The notes beneath the pieces were generated by a model. That model was given only the letters and a program-made list of their open reading frames with translations, was not told the DNA's origin and did not search any database. From Eledone cirrhosa (Eukaryota): a stretch of DNA of 62,695 bases. Below are positions 18,141 to 33,292 of the stretch, one piece after another; position 1 is the stretch's first letter; the number at the start of each line of letters is the position of its first letter. The stretch spans positions 1 through 62,695 of the forward strand of contig CAXHJY010001247.1 of NCBI GenBank assembly GCA_964016885.1, given 5' to 3'. Both the position numbers and the translations under genes were made by a program.

Positions 18141-19127
18141 TGTATATATATGTATATATATATATATGTGTAATATATATGTATATATATATATATGTGT
18201 AATATATATGTATATATATATATATGTGTAATATATATGTATATATATATATATGTGTATATATATATATGTATATATATATATGTGTATATATATATAT
18301 GTATATATATATATGTATATATATATATGTATATATATATATGTATATGTATATATATGTATATATATGTATATGTATATATATATATATGTGTAATATA
18401 TGTGTATATATATATATGTATATGTATATATATGTATATATATGTATATATATATATATATGTGTAATATATGTGTATATATATATATGTATATATATAT
18501 ATGTATATGTATATATATGTATATATATATATATATGTGTAATATGTGTGTATATATATATATGTATATATATATATGTATATGTATGTATATATATTTA
18601 TGTATGTATATATATTTATGTATGTATATATATTTATGTATGTATATATATATTTATGTATGTATATATATATATATATATATGTATGTATATATATTTA
18701 TGTATGTATATATATATCTATGTATATATATTTATGTATGTATATATATATTTATGTATGTATATATATATATGTATGTATATATATTTATGTATGTATA
18801 TATATATTTATGTATATATATTTATGTATATATATATATATATGTATATATATTTATGTATATATATATATGTATAAATATTTATGTATATATATTTATG
18901 TATGTATATATATATATATGTATATATATATTTGTATAGCAAACCGTGTCACTCTTCTTTCCTGATTTATATATATATATATATGTATATAAATATGTGT
19001 ATATATATATATATGTGTGTATATATATGTATATATATATGTATGTGTATATATATGTATATATATGTATATATATATGTATATATATACATATATATAT
19101 ATACATATATATACATATACATATATA

Positions 19128-20352
19128 AAGATGTAGTGGGATCACAGGTAAGCTAACTAAGAACATAGATTTTATATGTGGCCGGTGCTCTGGTGCAATA
19201 AGTAGCAGCAAGTGCCCACAGAATACTAGCTCATTCCATTGCACAGATGGTTCTATAGAAATAGTGGACACCTTCCTTTACTTGGGTGACAAAATCAGCA
19301 GTGGTGGAGGGTGTTCTGAAAGTACAGTAGCTAGAGTCAGAACTGGATGGAAAAAGTTCAGAGAGCTTATACCACTATTAGCCACTAAAGGGTTCTCTCT
19401 AAAAATGAAAGGCAGATTGTATGATGCCTGCATACGAACAGCAATGTTGCATGGCAGTCAGACCTGGGCATTGTCTGCAGAGGATATACGCAGACTGGAG
19501 AGAAACAAAGCTTGCATGCTCCACTGGATGTGTAATAGTAATATACGTGAACGGCAAAGCATAAACGAACTAAGGGAGAAATTAGGAATAAGAGGGATCA
19601 GATGTTGTTTACTTGAGAGAAGACTACGTTGGTACGGTCACATGATGCGCATGAAAGACGACAGCTGTATAAAAAAGTGCAGGGCGATAAAAATAGACGG
19701 TAGCCATAGAGTAGGCAGACCCAGAAAAACCTGGGACGACTTGATAAATTCCGACCTCACACACTTACATCTCTCCAAGACAATGTCTGGACCGAGATCT
19801 TTGGCGCTACACAGTCATACAGAAGACCCGCCTTGCCTAAGTACAAAGCGAAACCTACAGTCAGTAGGCACCTCTAACAAAACACACCCCCGCCCCACTA
19901 CCCACACCCCATCGACATCACCCCCTTAAATGTGAAGTTATGTTGGTACCACAACATTCAGTCCGAAACAAATGAGGTAGTGTAGGTGTCATGACAAAAA
20001 AAAACACACAGTCCACGCTGTAATGTGGCCGTGTAGGTAACACGGTAAAAACCTCCCAGTCCACACTGTAAACGTGGTTGATGTTGGGAAGGGCACCCAG
20101 CCGTAGAAAACCCGCCAGACATGTAGATGTCACGACAAAAAAACACAGTCCATGCTGTAATGTGGCCGTGTAGGTAACATGGTAAAAACCTCCCAGCCCC
20201 ACACTGTAAACGTGGTTGGTATTAGGAAGGGCATCCAGCCGTAGAAAACCCGCCAGACAGTCCTATACGATCAGGACAACCAATCTTGCCTCAAGTGCGA
20301 AAACTCCCGTCCAAACCCATGGAAGATGGACATTAAACGATGATGATGATGA
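19128..20352 (+). mobile_element. RTE-clade LINE family B, 3' fragment
   Basis: ORF 19264-19929 is the RTE C-terminus with a late frameshift. The 3' UTR is built from subrepeats of about 48 bp and ends in a (GAT)n tail. Confidence 0.9.
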
Positions 20353-20509
20353 TATATGTGTGTATATATATGTATGCATATATATGTATATATATATATG
20401 TATATATATGTACATATATATGTGTATATATATAAATATATGTGTATATATATACATATATGTGTATATATATACATATATGTATGTGTATATATATACA
20501 TATATGTAT

Positions 20510-23106
20510 AGAGCCCTGAAACAGAGGCCAACCTGGAGAAGAAAGATCTGGAAGCTGAAAGTCCCCTCAACCAGTAACAGATTTAAAGATATTTTACTCA
20601 ACGCCTACGACAGTAAAGAAGAACAGATAGAGACATTTAACGTAGAAGAGAACTGGGAGTTCCTAAAAAATAACTTACTAGAGGCGACGGATGAGGTTTG
20701 TGGCTGGAGTAAGACCTCAAGCAGGAGGAGAGTGACTTGGTGGTGGAACAATAAGGTAGATGAAGCAGTCAAGGCCAAGAGACAGGCATGGAAAGAATGG
20801 AAGAACGGGGGGAGCAGGGTACATTACATAGAGACCAAGAGGGAAGCTAGGCGACAAGTATACTTAGCTAGGAGGGAAGCAGAGGATAGAAAATTCAAGC
20901 ATGTTTTACAACGTGAGGACCAGAAACAGGAGGTATTCAAGATTGCGAGGCAGTGTGTCAGAGATAGTTGTGATGTCATTGGAGAGAAGTGTATCCGGAA
21001 TGATAAAGGTGAGCTTGCCCTCACAAGTGCTGAGAAGAAAGATGCATGGAAGAGTCATTATGATAGATTACTAAATGAGGAGAATGCATGGGAAGAAGAG
21101 ACCCTACCCCACGTAGACCCTATAGAGGGACCAGCAGTACAAGTCAGCGGCAGCGTAGTAAGTAAGGCAATCAGAGATATGAAGATAGGGAAGGCAACCG
21201 GTCCATCGGGTATAGCTGCCGAGATGCTGAAGGCATCTGGGTCTGTAGGTCACACTATAACCACACGTATTGTTAACCAGGTAATACTAGAGGGGGCCAT
21301 ACCAAAAGATTGGTGCAGTAGCATCATTGTCAACTGCTACAAAGGTAAAGGCGATGCACTAGATAGAGGAAACTATAGAGGTATAAAGTTGATGGACCAG
21401 GTCATGAAAGTAACAGAAAGAGTTATAGCACAGCTGATTAGGGACCGGGTGAATATAGACGAGATGCAATTTGGGTTTGTACCAGGGAAAGGCACCACTG
21501 ATGCGCTCTTCCTTGTGAGGCAATTACAGGAAAAGTACCTAGCTAAAAGTAAGCCACTCTACTTGGCATTTGTCGACCTTGAGAAAGCCTTTGACAGAGT
21601 TCCACGTGCAGTAATCTGGTGGGCTCTTAGAAAACTAGGAGTAGATGAATGGCTTGTGAAAGCGGTACAAGCCATGTATAGGGGAGCAGTCAGCAAAGTT
21701 AGGATTGGCAATGAGTATAGCGAGGAATTTAGCGTACAGGTTGGGGTCCACCAGGGCTCTGTTCTTAGCCCTCTCCTGTTCATCATAGTCCTGCAGGCAA
21801 TAACGGAGGAGTTTAAGACCGGATGCCCATGGGAACTCCTGTATGCTGATGACCTCGCACTCATAGCTGAATCTATGGTAGAACTAGAGAATAAATTCCA
21901 AACCTGGAAGCAGGGACTAGAGAGAAAGGGCCTCAAAGTCAACATGACAAAGACTAAGGTCCTTATAAGTAGACGAGAAAACAGAACCCAGATCCCCTCA
22001 GGGAAATGGCCTTGCTCAGTATGTAGGAAAGGTGTAGGTAGGAACTCCATTCTTTGCCCCAAATGCAAACAATGGGTACACAAGAGATGTAGCGGGATCT
22101 CAGGAAGCTTAATTAAGAATGTAGGATTCACATGCAGCAGCTGTGCTGAAACAGCAAGCAAACAGCCACAGGAAACAAGTACCACCAATCTCTGGGAGGG
22201 CCCTGTAGAAACAGTAGACAGCTTCTGCTACCTAGGTGACCGAATTAGCAACGGAGGTGGGTGCTCAGAAAGTACAATAACTAGGGTAAGAACGGGATGG
22301 AAGAAGTTTAGGGAACTACTACCACTGCTAGCTGCAAAAGGCTTCTCCCTCAGAATGAAAGGCAGACTGTATGATGCGTGTATCCGAACAGCGATGTTGC
22401 ATGGTAGTGAGACCTGGGCGCTGAAGGTGGAAGACTTACGTAGATTAGAGAGAAACGAAGCCTGCATGCTCCGATGGATGTGTAACAGTAATATACGTGA
22501 ACGACAAAGCATAAATGAATTGAGAGAGAGACTGAGCATAAGAGGAATCAAATGCTGCGTGCAGGAGAGGCGGTTACGCTGGTATGGACATGTGATGCGT
22601 ATGAAGGATGACAGCTGCATAAAAAGGTGCAGAGCACTAGAAGTTGATGGAAACCGCGGAGTGGGGAGACCCAAGATGACTTGGGATGAGGTGATAAAAG
22701 CCGACCTTACCCAACTACACCTCTCAAAGTCAATGACACACGACCGTGACTTCTGGCGTCACGCAGTAATACAGGGTACCCGACCTCCCATGGGTACATG
22801 CTGAAGCATATAAACAATATGCCCCCCCCCCCACCGCAAGGTGGTCGTGGAGGTGCCACGGCAAAAAAGCACCCAGCCCACACTGTAAAGTGGACGTGTA
22901 GGCGCCACGAAAAAGCACCCAGCACTCACTGTAAATGAGGTTGGTGTTAGGAAGGGCATCCAGCTGTAGAAATCAAGCCAGATCAGTTCCTGTATGAGCA
23001 AGGCATGGTCAGCCGACCAGACACTGCCCACAACAGGACAACCCGTCTAACCCATGCTAGCGTGGAAGAACGGACGTAAAACGGTGATGATGATGATGAT
23101 GATGAT
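20510..23106 (+). mobile_element. RTE-clade LINE family C, 5'-truncated, RT frame intact
   Basis: Frame open from 20510 to 22804: [54 protein letters not shown]-like finger, FCYLGD. (GAT)n tail at about 23086-23106. Confidence 0.93.
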
Positions 23107-23132
23107 ATGTATATATATATATACATATATGT

Positions 23133-23692
23133 ATCATCATCATCATCATCATCATCATCAGGTTTAGCGTCCGTGTTCCACGCTTGCATGGGTTTGGATG
23201 GGGGTTTTCCCACTTGAGGCAAGAGTGGTTGTCTTGCTCGCATAGGACTGTCTGGCGGGTTTTCTACAGTTGGATGCCCTTCCTAACACCAACCACATTT
23301 ACAGTGTGGGGCTGGGAGGTTTTTACCGTGTTGCCTACACGGCCACATTACAGTGTGGACTGACTGGCGTGTTTTCTACAGCTGGATGCCCTTCCTAACA
23401 CCAACCACATTTACAGTGTGGGGAGGTTTTTACCGTGTTGCCTACACGGCCACATTTACAGCGTGGACTGTGTGTTTTTTTATCGTGACACCTACACGAT
23501 CTCATTTGTTTCGGCCTGGATGTTGTGGGACCAACATAACTTTACATTGAAAGGGGCGGTGTGGATGGGGTGGAGGTGGTGGGACGGGGGGGTGTTTTGA
23601 TAGAGATGCCTACTGACTGTAGTAGGTTTTTACTTTGTATTTAGGTAAGGCGGGTCTTCTCTATTACTGAGTACCGCCAAAGGTCTCGGTCT
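23133..23692 (-). mobile_element. RTE family B 3' UTR fragment
   Basis: (ATC)n followed by the reverse complement of the family B UTR and the last ORF codons (EKTRLT). Confidence 0.88.
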
Positions 23693-23732
23693 ATATATAT
23701 ATATATATATATAAGTATATATATATATACAT

Positions 23733-23938
23733 ATCATCATCATCATCATCATCATTTTACGTCCGATTTTCCCTGCTTGCAAGGGTGGGACGGGTCTTAT
23801 TCAGCACAGCATCTCTCCACTTGTCACGGTTCTTCGTCATCTCCACCGTGAGCCTCAATGATCTGAGGTCTGCTCTCACCACCTCCGCCCATGTTTTTTG
23901 TGGTCTACCTCTACCACGTCTTCCTTCAACTGGCATTT
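23733..23938 (-). mobile_element. RTE family A 3' fragment
   Basis: Reverse complement of about 330-525. Confidence 0.88.
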
Positions 23939-23945
23939 ATATATG

Positions 23946-24051
<106 letters not shown>

Positions 24052-24114
24052 CATATATGTATATATATATATATATGTACATATATATACATATATGTAT
24101 ATATATATATGTAT

Positions 24115-26702
24115 CATAAATTTAAAAGCATACTACTTGATGCTTTTGATAGTAAGGAAGAGCAATTAGAGTCGTACACTAGAGAGGAACATTGGGAATT
24201 CCTGAAAGCTAACCTGCTGAAGGCGACAGATGAAACCTGTGGCTGGAGCAGGCCTATAGGCAGGAGGAGAGCAACTTGGTGGTGGAACAGTAAGGTGGAG
24301 AGGTCAATCAAGGCCAAAAAGCAGGCTTGGAAAGCATGGCAGGATGGGGGAAGTAGAGAAGACTATCAAGTGGCCAGGAGAGAAGCTAGGAGACAAGTGT
24401 GCTTCGCAAGAAGAGAAGCAGAGGAAAGAAAGTTCAAGCATGTTCTACAACGCGAGGACCAAAAACGTGAGGTGTTCAGGATTGCTAGGCAATATGTCAA
24501 GGAAAACAGTGATATTGTCGGGGAGAAGTGTGTCCTAAATGATGATGGCGTACTTGCCATCATTGACGCTGATAAGAAGGTAGCTTGGAAGTGTCACTAT
24601 GAAAGGCTACTAAATGAGGAGAATAATTGGGAGAAAGACAGTCTCCCCCACATTGACCCAATAGAGGGACCAGCAGTGCTAGTTGAAGGTAGTATAATAA
24701 GTAAGGCAATCAAAGATTTGAAGATGGGCAAGGCGGCCGGGCCTTCGGCAATAGTTGCCGAAATGCTGAAAGCATCTGGAACGGTGGGACACACTATGGT
24801 CACCCGGATAGTAAACCAAGTCATACAGAATGGGGTCGTTCCGAAGAACTGGCGCAGCAGCATCATCATTAACTGCTACAAGGGTAAAGGTGATGCCCTA
24901 GATAGGGGAAACTATAGAGGCATTAAATTAATTGACCAGGTCATGAAGGTCACAGAAAAAGTAATAGCGCAACTAATCAGAGAGCGAATTGATCTAGACG
25001 AAATGCAGTTCGGGTTTGTGTCAGGTAAAAGTACAACAGACGCTCTTTTCATTGTACGACAACTACAGGAGAAGTACCTAGCTAAAAGTAAATCCCTATA
25101 CTTAGCTTTTGTTGACTTGGAGAAAGCCTTTGACAGAGTACCCCGCTCGATTATCTGGTGGGCCCTTAGAAAACTAGGTGTTGATGAATGGCTTGTGAGA
25201 GCTATACAAGCCATGTATAAAGAAACAGTCAGCAAGGTTAGAATTAACAATGAATATAGTGAAGAGTTTAGCGTCAAAGTTGGTGTTCATCAGGACTCCG
25301 TCCTTAGCCCCCTACTATTTATTATTGCCCTTCAGGCTATAACAGAGGAGTTCAAGACCGGCTGCCCATGGGAACTCCTATATGCAGATGATCTAACATT
25401 CATAGCTGAATCAATGGCTGAACTAGAGAAGAAATTCCAAACATGGAAGCATGGCCTAGAATCAAAAGGCCTCAAAGTTAACTCGTCTACGACTAAAGTT
25501 CTAGTTTGTAGGAAGGAAAATAGGGCACTGGTCCCATCAGGGAAATGGCCATGCTCAGTGTGTAGGAAAGGAGTAGGTAGAAACTCCATTTTATCTCCCA
25601 AATGCAAAGTATGGGTATATAAAAGATGTAGTGGGATCACAGGTAAGCTAACTAAGAATATAGATTTTATATGTGGCCAGTGCTCTGGTGCAATAAGTAG
25701 CAGCAAGTGCCCACAGAATACTAACTCATTCCATTGCACAGATGGTTCTATAGAAATAGTGGACAACTTCCGTTACCTGGGTGATAGTACTGCTCTGAAA
25801 GTACAGTAGCTAGAGTCAGAACGCGATGGAAAAAGTTCAGAGAGCTTATACCACTATTGGCCACTAAAGGGTTCTCTCTAAGAATGAAAGGCAGGCTGTA
25901 TGATGCCTGCATACGAACAGTAATGTTACATGGCAGTGAGACCTGGGCATTGTGTGCAGAGGATATACGCAGACTGGAGAGAAACGAAGATTGCATGCTC
26001 CGCTGGATGTGTAATAGTAAATACGTGAACGGCAAAGCATAAACGAACTAAGGGAGAAATTAGAAATAAGAGGGATCAGATGTTGTTTACTCGAGAGAAG
26101 GCTACGTTGGTACGGTCACGTGATGCGCATGAAAGGCGACAGCTGTATAAAAAAGTGCAGGGCAATAAAAATAGACGGTAGCCACGGAGTAGGCAGACCC
26201 CCAAAAGCCTGGGACGACTTGATAAATTCCGACCTCACACACTTACACCTCTCCAAGACAATGTCACTGGACCGAGAGCTTTGGCGCTACACAGTCATAC
26301 AGAAGACCCGCCTTACCTAAGTACAAAGTGAAACCTACTACAGTCAGTAGGCACCTCTAACAAAATACACCCCCGTTCCACCACCCCCACCCCATCCACA
26401 CCAACCCTTTTAATGTAAAGTTATGTTGGTGTCACAACATCCAGCCCGAAACAAATGAGGTCGTGTAGGTGTGACGACAAAAAAACACACAGTCCACGCT
26501 GTAATGTGGCCGTGTGGGTAACACGGTAAAAACCTCCCAGTTCCACACTGTAAATGTGGTTGGTGTTAGGAAGGGCATCCAGCTGTAGAAAACCCGCCAG
26601 ACAGTCCTATGCGAGCAAGACAACCACTCTTGCCTCAAGTGGGAAAACTCCCGTCCAAACCCATGCAAGCGTGGAATATGGACGTTAAATGATGATGATG
26701 AT
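24115..26702 (+). mobile_element. RTE family B, 5'-truncated, frameshifted after the RT core
   Basis: RT motifs run to YADD and FRYLGD. A deletion near 25785 and a frameshift near 26020 break the frame. 3' UTR and (GAT)n tail present. Confidence 0.92.
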
Positions 26703-27669
26703 ATATATGTATATGTATATATATGTATATATGTATATATATGTATATATGTATATATATGTATATATATATGTATATATATACATATATATGTATATAT
26801 ATACATATATATGTATATATATATGTATATATATATACATATATATGTATATATATATGCATGTATTTATGTATATATAGGCTGAAAAAAAATGAAAACG
26901 AAATTTCATTTCTCACTCTTAGTACGGCACTTACTTAAATGTAAGTATGTGTGTATACGTACATACATATATGTATACAGACGTACAGTAGCATGCATAT
27001 ATATATATATATATACATATATATGTATATATATATATGTATATATTTATATGTATATATATATGTATATATATGTATATATTTATATGTATATATATGT
27101 ATATATATATGTATATATATGTATATATATATATATTTATATATATATGTATATATATATATGTATATATATATGTATATATATGTATATATATATATGT
27201 ATATATATATGTATATATATGTATATATATATATTTATATATATATGTATATATATATATTTATATGTATATATATATATTTATATGTATATATATATAT
27301 TTATATGTATATATATGTATATATATGTATATATATATGTATATATATGTATATATATGTATATATATATATTTATATATATGTATATATATATATGTAT
27401 ATATATGTATATATATATATTTATATATATATGTATATATATATATATGTATATATATGTATATATATATATTTATATATATATGTATATATATATATAT
27501 GTATATATATGTATATATATATATTTATATATATATGTATATATATGTATATATATATATTTATATATATATGTATATATATATATATGTATATATATGT
27601 ATATATATATATTTATATATATATGTATATATATGTATATATATATACATATATATACACATATATATA

Positions 27670-28407
27670 TCTATATCCAAAATTAAGATAAATCAAATGA
27701 ATTTAATCTAAATCAAAATTATGGGTGTCATGCCAGAAAGACATGCATCATATCACCCGCAAAATAAGCTCTAAGATTCTAACGAGTAGGTCCGAGCATT
27801 TTATAATAACTAGAGATTGATTAACATATAAATAAACATGAATAATCACAGGAGATAATTTTTACAAGTGTGTAACCACACATAACTAGGTAGGTAACTA
27901 AATAAAGTTGACCAAATAATTTTGATTTAGATTAAATTCATTTGATTTATCTTAATTTTGGATATAGATATATAAATACGGCTCCTTAATTGTAGAGCTA
28001 ACTCTGTTGAAAGAATTTGACTGCTGTTTCTAGTTGTCGATAACGCTATTCACGCCACTGGGACGAAGCTAGTATGATGTGTGTATTTCTAGTAAATACA
28101 ACACGTGGTGATGGCCAGTCGCAGATTTGAACTTGAAGTGTAAACACGGATTGCTGGAACTTCTTCCTTGTTTAAAATCCAAGTCCCCACTTCTGTGGTT
28201 TACCATCCGATTAATTGGTGAAATATATTTCTTTAATGGAATATATACAGGGAAGATTAATCATATTATAAGGTATCTATTTTTGAAGTTCTGGTCAACT
28301 TTATTTAGTTACCTACCTAGCTATGTGTGGTTACACACTTGTAAAAATTATCTCCTGTGATTACTCATGTTTATTTATATGTTAATCAATCTCTAGTTAT
28401 TATTATA
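27670..28407. mobile_element. Non-coding fold-back insertion of a circularly permuted unit of about 570 bp
   Basis: 27670-27720 is inverted at about 27918-27968, and about 27802-27914 is inverted at about 28291-28407. Flanked by (TA)n. Confidence 0.6.
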
Positions 28408-28565
28408 TGTATATATATATGTATATATATATTTATATATATGTATATATATATTTATATATATTTATATATATGTACATATATATGTATATATACATAT
28501 ATATGTATATATATATATGTATATATATATTTATATGTATATATATATATATGTATATATATATT

Positions 28566-28596
<31 letters not shown>

Positions 28597-28943
28597 TTAT
28601 ATATATGTATATATATATTTATATATATGTATATATATATACATATATATGTATATATATAGATATATATGTATATATGTATATATATGTATATATATAT
28701 GTATGTATATGTATATATATATGTATGTATATGTATATATATATGTATGTATATGTATATATATATGTATATGTATGTATGTATATGTATATATATGTAT
28801 GTGTATGTATATGTATATATATGTATGTATATGTATATATATGTATATATATATGTATATATATGTATATATATGTATATATGTATATATATGTGTATAT
28901 ATATGTATATATATATGTATATATATGTATATATATATGTATA

Positions 28944-28984
<41 letters not shown>

Positions 28985-29201
28985 GTATATATATGTGTAT
29001 ATATATGTATATATATGTGTATATATATGTATATATATATGTATATATATATGTATATATGTATATATATGTATATATATGTGTATATATATGTATATAT
29101 AGGTATATATATATGTATATATAGGTATATATATATGTATATATAGGTATATATATATGTATATATATATGTATATATATATATATGTATATATATATAT
29201 G

Positions 29202-29266
<65 letters not shown>

Positions 29267-29459
29267 GTATATATATATATATATATGTATGTATATATAT
29301 ATATATATATATGTATGTATATATATATATATATATATATATGTATGAATATATATGTATATATATATATGTATATATATATGTATATATATATGTATGA
29401 ATATATATGTATATATATATATGTATATATATATGTATGTATATATATATATGTATATA

Positions 29460-29839
29460 GGCAGAATTCTAGGAGAAGGAAAACTCTGATATCACACCTG
29501 CAACCCTGATGATATCCAATGATGTTGACTTGTTCTTCTTTTTGGTAAATATCATCTTGGTTAAGAGAGTGGGACTGGCTTTGTGCAGTGCCTTTGCTCA
29601 CTATAAAAACTTCACGGCACAGGCATTGCTTTATATCTGGAGATCTCTCTGCACTTGTCGTCACATGGCACCATGGGCCCAGCACTATGTGTCAATAATT
29701 GTCACATGTGTAGTGTTTGTACCGGGGTTTTCAAGTCGCTGGCCGGACTGAAAAGTCACACTCGTTCAGCGCATCGGTAGGGGTTCTCCTACATGGATAT
29801 AAAGTAGTGGCCGTACTCGAATACGAGTTGGCAGCCACC
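29460..29839 (+). mobile_element. Internally deleted RTE-derived non-autonomous element, 5'-truncated copy
   Basis: Matches about 33513-33892 and ends in the ctcgaatacgag stem-loop tail. Confidence 0.8.
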
Positions 29840-29891
<52 letters not shown>

Positions 29892-29948
29892 GTATATATA
29901 TATATGTATGTATATATATATATGTATATATATATGTATATATATATG

Positions 29949-30033
<85 letters not shown>

Positions 30034-30064
30034 GTATATATATATATGTATATATATATATATG

Positions 30065-30095
<31 letters not shown>

Positions 30096-30393
30096 GTATA
30101 TATATGTATATATATATATATATGTATATGTATGTATATATATATGTATATATATGTATGTATATATATGTATATATATGTGTATATATATGTATATATA
30201 TATGTATATATATGTATGTATATATATGTATATATATATGTATATATATGTATGTATATATATGTATATATATATGTATATATATGTATATATATATATG
30301 TATATATATGTATATATATATATGTATATATATATATGTATGTATATATATGTATATATATATATGTATATATATGTATATATATGTATATAT

Positions 30394-30536
30394 AAAAAGC
30401 ACCCAGCTATCACTGTAAATGAGGTTGGTGTTAGGAAGGGCATCCAGCTGTAGAAATCAAGCCAGAATCAGTTCCCGTCCCACCCTTGCAAGCAGGGAAA
30501 AAGCGGACGCAAAATGAAATGATGATGAATGATGAT
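30394..30536 (+). mobile_element. 3' part of the tRNA-SINE with RTE tail
   Basis: Matches about 53790-53927; (TGA)n tail. Confidence 0.8.
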
Positions 30537-31970
30537 ATATATATGTATATATATATATGTATATATATATATGTATATATATGTATATATATATATGTAT
30601 ATATATGTATATATATATATGTATATATATGTATATATATATATGTATATATATGTATATATATGTATATATATGTATATATATATATGTATATATATGT
30701 ATATATATGTATATATATATATATATGTATATATATGTATATATATATATGTATATATATATATGTATATATATGTATATATATGTATATATATATATGT
30801 ATATATATATATGTATATATATGTATATATATATATATATGTATATATATGTATATATATATATGTATATATATGTATATATATATATGTATATATATAT
30901 ATGTATATATATGTATATATATATATGTATATATATATATGTATATATATATATGTATATATATGTATATATATATATATATGTATATATATATGTATAT
31001 ATATATATGTATATATATGTATATATATGTATATATATATATGTATATATATATATGTATATATATATATGTATATATATGTATATATATATATGTATAT
31101 ATATGTATATATATATATGTATATATATGTATATATATATATGTATATATATGTATATATATGTATATATATGTATATATATATATGTATATATATGTAT
31201 ATATATGTATATATATATATGTATATATATGTATATATATATATGTATATATATGTATATATATATATGTATATATATGTATATATATATATGTATATAT
31301 ATGTATATATATATATGTATATATATATGTATATATATGTATATATATATGTATATATATATATGTATATATATGTATATATATATGTATATATATATAT
31401 GTATATATATATGTATATATGTATATGTATATATATATGTATATATATGTATATATATATATGTATATATATATATGTATATATATATATGTATATATAT
31501 GTATATATATATATGTATATATATGTATATATATATATGTATATATATGTATATATATATATGTATATATATGTATATATATGTATATATATGTATATAT
31601 ATATATGTATATATATGTATATATATGTATATATATATATGTATATATATGTATATATATATATGTATATATATGTATATATATATATGTATATATATGT
31701 ATATATATATATGTATATATATGTATATATATATATGTATATATATGTATATATATATATGTATATATATATATGTATATATATGTATATATATATGTAT
31801 ATATATATATGTATATATATATATGTATATATATATATGTATATATATATGTATATATATATATGTATATATATGTATATATATATGTATATATATATAT
31901 GTATATATATGTATATATATGTATATATATATATGTATATATATGTAGATATATGTATATATATATATAT
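30537..31970. repeat. G-interrupted (TA)n microsatellite
   Basis: Direct reading of the sequence. Confidence 0.98.
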
Positions 31971-32048
31971 TGCGAATGAAAAGTGGTAAGGAACCAGGTG
32001 GACCATAACGCACCAAAGTACTCAATACTTAGGGTAGTAGAGTGGGTA

Positions 32049-32176
32049 ATAGGAGTCAGTAATACCCCGACGGCTGAGCTCAAGCCGTTTCGACGGCTAA
32101 TTCAGTACCAAATTCTGTACAGAATTAGCCGTCGAAACGTCTTGAGCTCAGCTGTCGGGGTCTTACTTACTCCTAT
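32049..32176. repeat. 55-bp imperfect inverted repeat (hairpin)
   Basis: Arms 32049-32103 and 32122-32176 with 4 mismatches. Confidence 0.9.
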
Positions 32177-32355
32177 ATATATATATATGTATATATATGT
32201 ATATGTAGTATTAAGGATACTATTTGTGGTTATGTATATACTAAAACTTTTTATAGTTATATATATTTTAAACCCTAAACAGTGAAAGATTCATGTGATT
32301 TCTCTCTATATATATATATGTATATATATATACATATATATGTATATACATATAT

Positions 32356-33082
32356 ATTAGAAAATATATAGCTTTCACCGTATTTTTGACTAAAGGAATT
32401 TTAGCTTGATAACGGGGTTTAGAACCCTCAGATAAATAGAAAAAGATGAGTATTTACGTTCATGGGAGTCGAACCCACATCTGTGATTATCGCGACCACT
32501 GTGCTACCATTACACCAACACATCACCCATCTCTTTCCATTCGAATTAGAAACTACATTCTTAGCGAGTTTAAATGGCAAGTAAGTATGTTTTGAAACAG
32601 TGAGCGAGTTTGAAATTAGAAAATATATAGCTTTCACCGTATTTTTGACTAAAGGAATTTTAGCTTGATAACGGGGTTTAGAACCCTCAGATAAATGGAA
32701 AAGGATGAGTATTGACGTACATGGGAGTCGAACCCACAAGCTAAAATTCCTTTAGTCAAAAATACGGTGAAAGCTATATATTTTCTAATTTCAAACTCGC
32801 TCACTGTTTCAAAACATACTTACTTGCCATTTAAACTCGCTAAGAATGTAGTTTCTAATTCGAATGGAAAGAGATGGGTGATGTGTTGGTGTAATGGTAG
32901 CACAGTGGTCGCGATAATCACAGGTGTGGGTTCGACTCCCATGAACGTAAATACTCATCTTTTTCTATTTATCTGAGGGTTCTAAACCCCGTTATCAAGC
33001 TAAAATTCCTTTAGTCAAAAATACGGTGAAAGCTATATATTTTCCTATTTCAAACTCGCTCACTGTTTCAAAACATACTTAC
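32356..33082. mobile_element. 259-bp tRNA-headed unit: about 1.5 copies on the minus strand plus about 1.3 inverted copies
   Basis: attagaaaatatatagc occurs at 32356 and 32615. Inversion at about 32739. A box TGGTGTAATGG at 32887-32897 and B box GGTTCGACTCC at 32929-32939. Confidence 0.82.
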
Positions 33083-33292
33083 ATACATATATATGTATAT
33101 ATATACATATATATGTATATATATGTATATATATATATGTATATATATATGTATATATATATATATTTGTATATATATATATATATATACATATATATGT
33201 ATATATATATATATATATATACATATATATGTATATATATATATATATATACATATATATGTATATATATATGTATATATATATATATATGT

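Noticed and set aside
12930-21855. CTGANGA matches within LINE coding sequence (for example about 12934, 13083, 21846)
   Set aside because: They lack the accompanying stems and GAAA. These are chance or codon-derived matches, such as YADD.
28190-28235. Hammerhead-like half (ccgattaattgg-t-GAAATATATT), and gaaacagcagtc on the minus strand near 28018-28030
   Set aside because: No CUGANGA in register and no stem I.
32880-32950. Functional tRNA gene
   Set aside because: The acceptor stem is poorly paired, the anticodon loop is non-canonical, and it is embedded in a repeat unit.
32970-33040. Possible hammerhead or twister in the 259-bp unit (CTGAGGG...ccgt/acgg-t-GAAAGCTA; gggttctaaaccc)
   Set aside because: The core lacks A9, has an inserted hairpin and no stem I. 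Twister pseudoknot partners could not be placed. Left as unproven.
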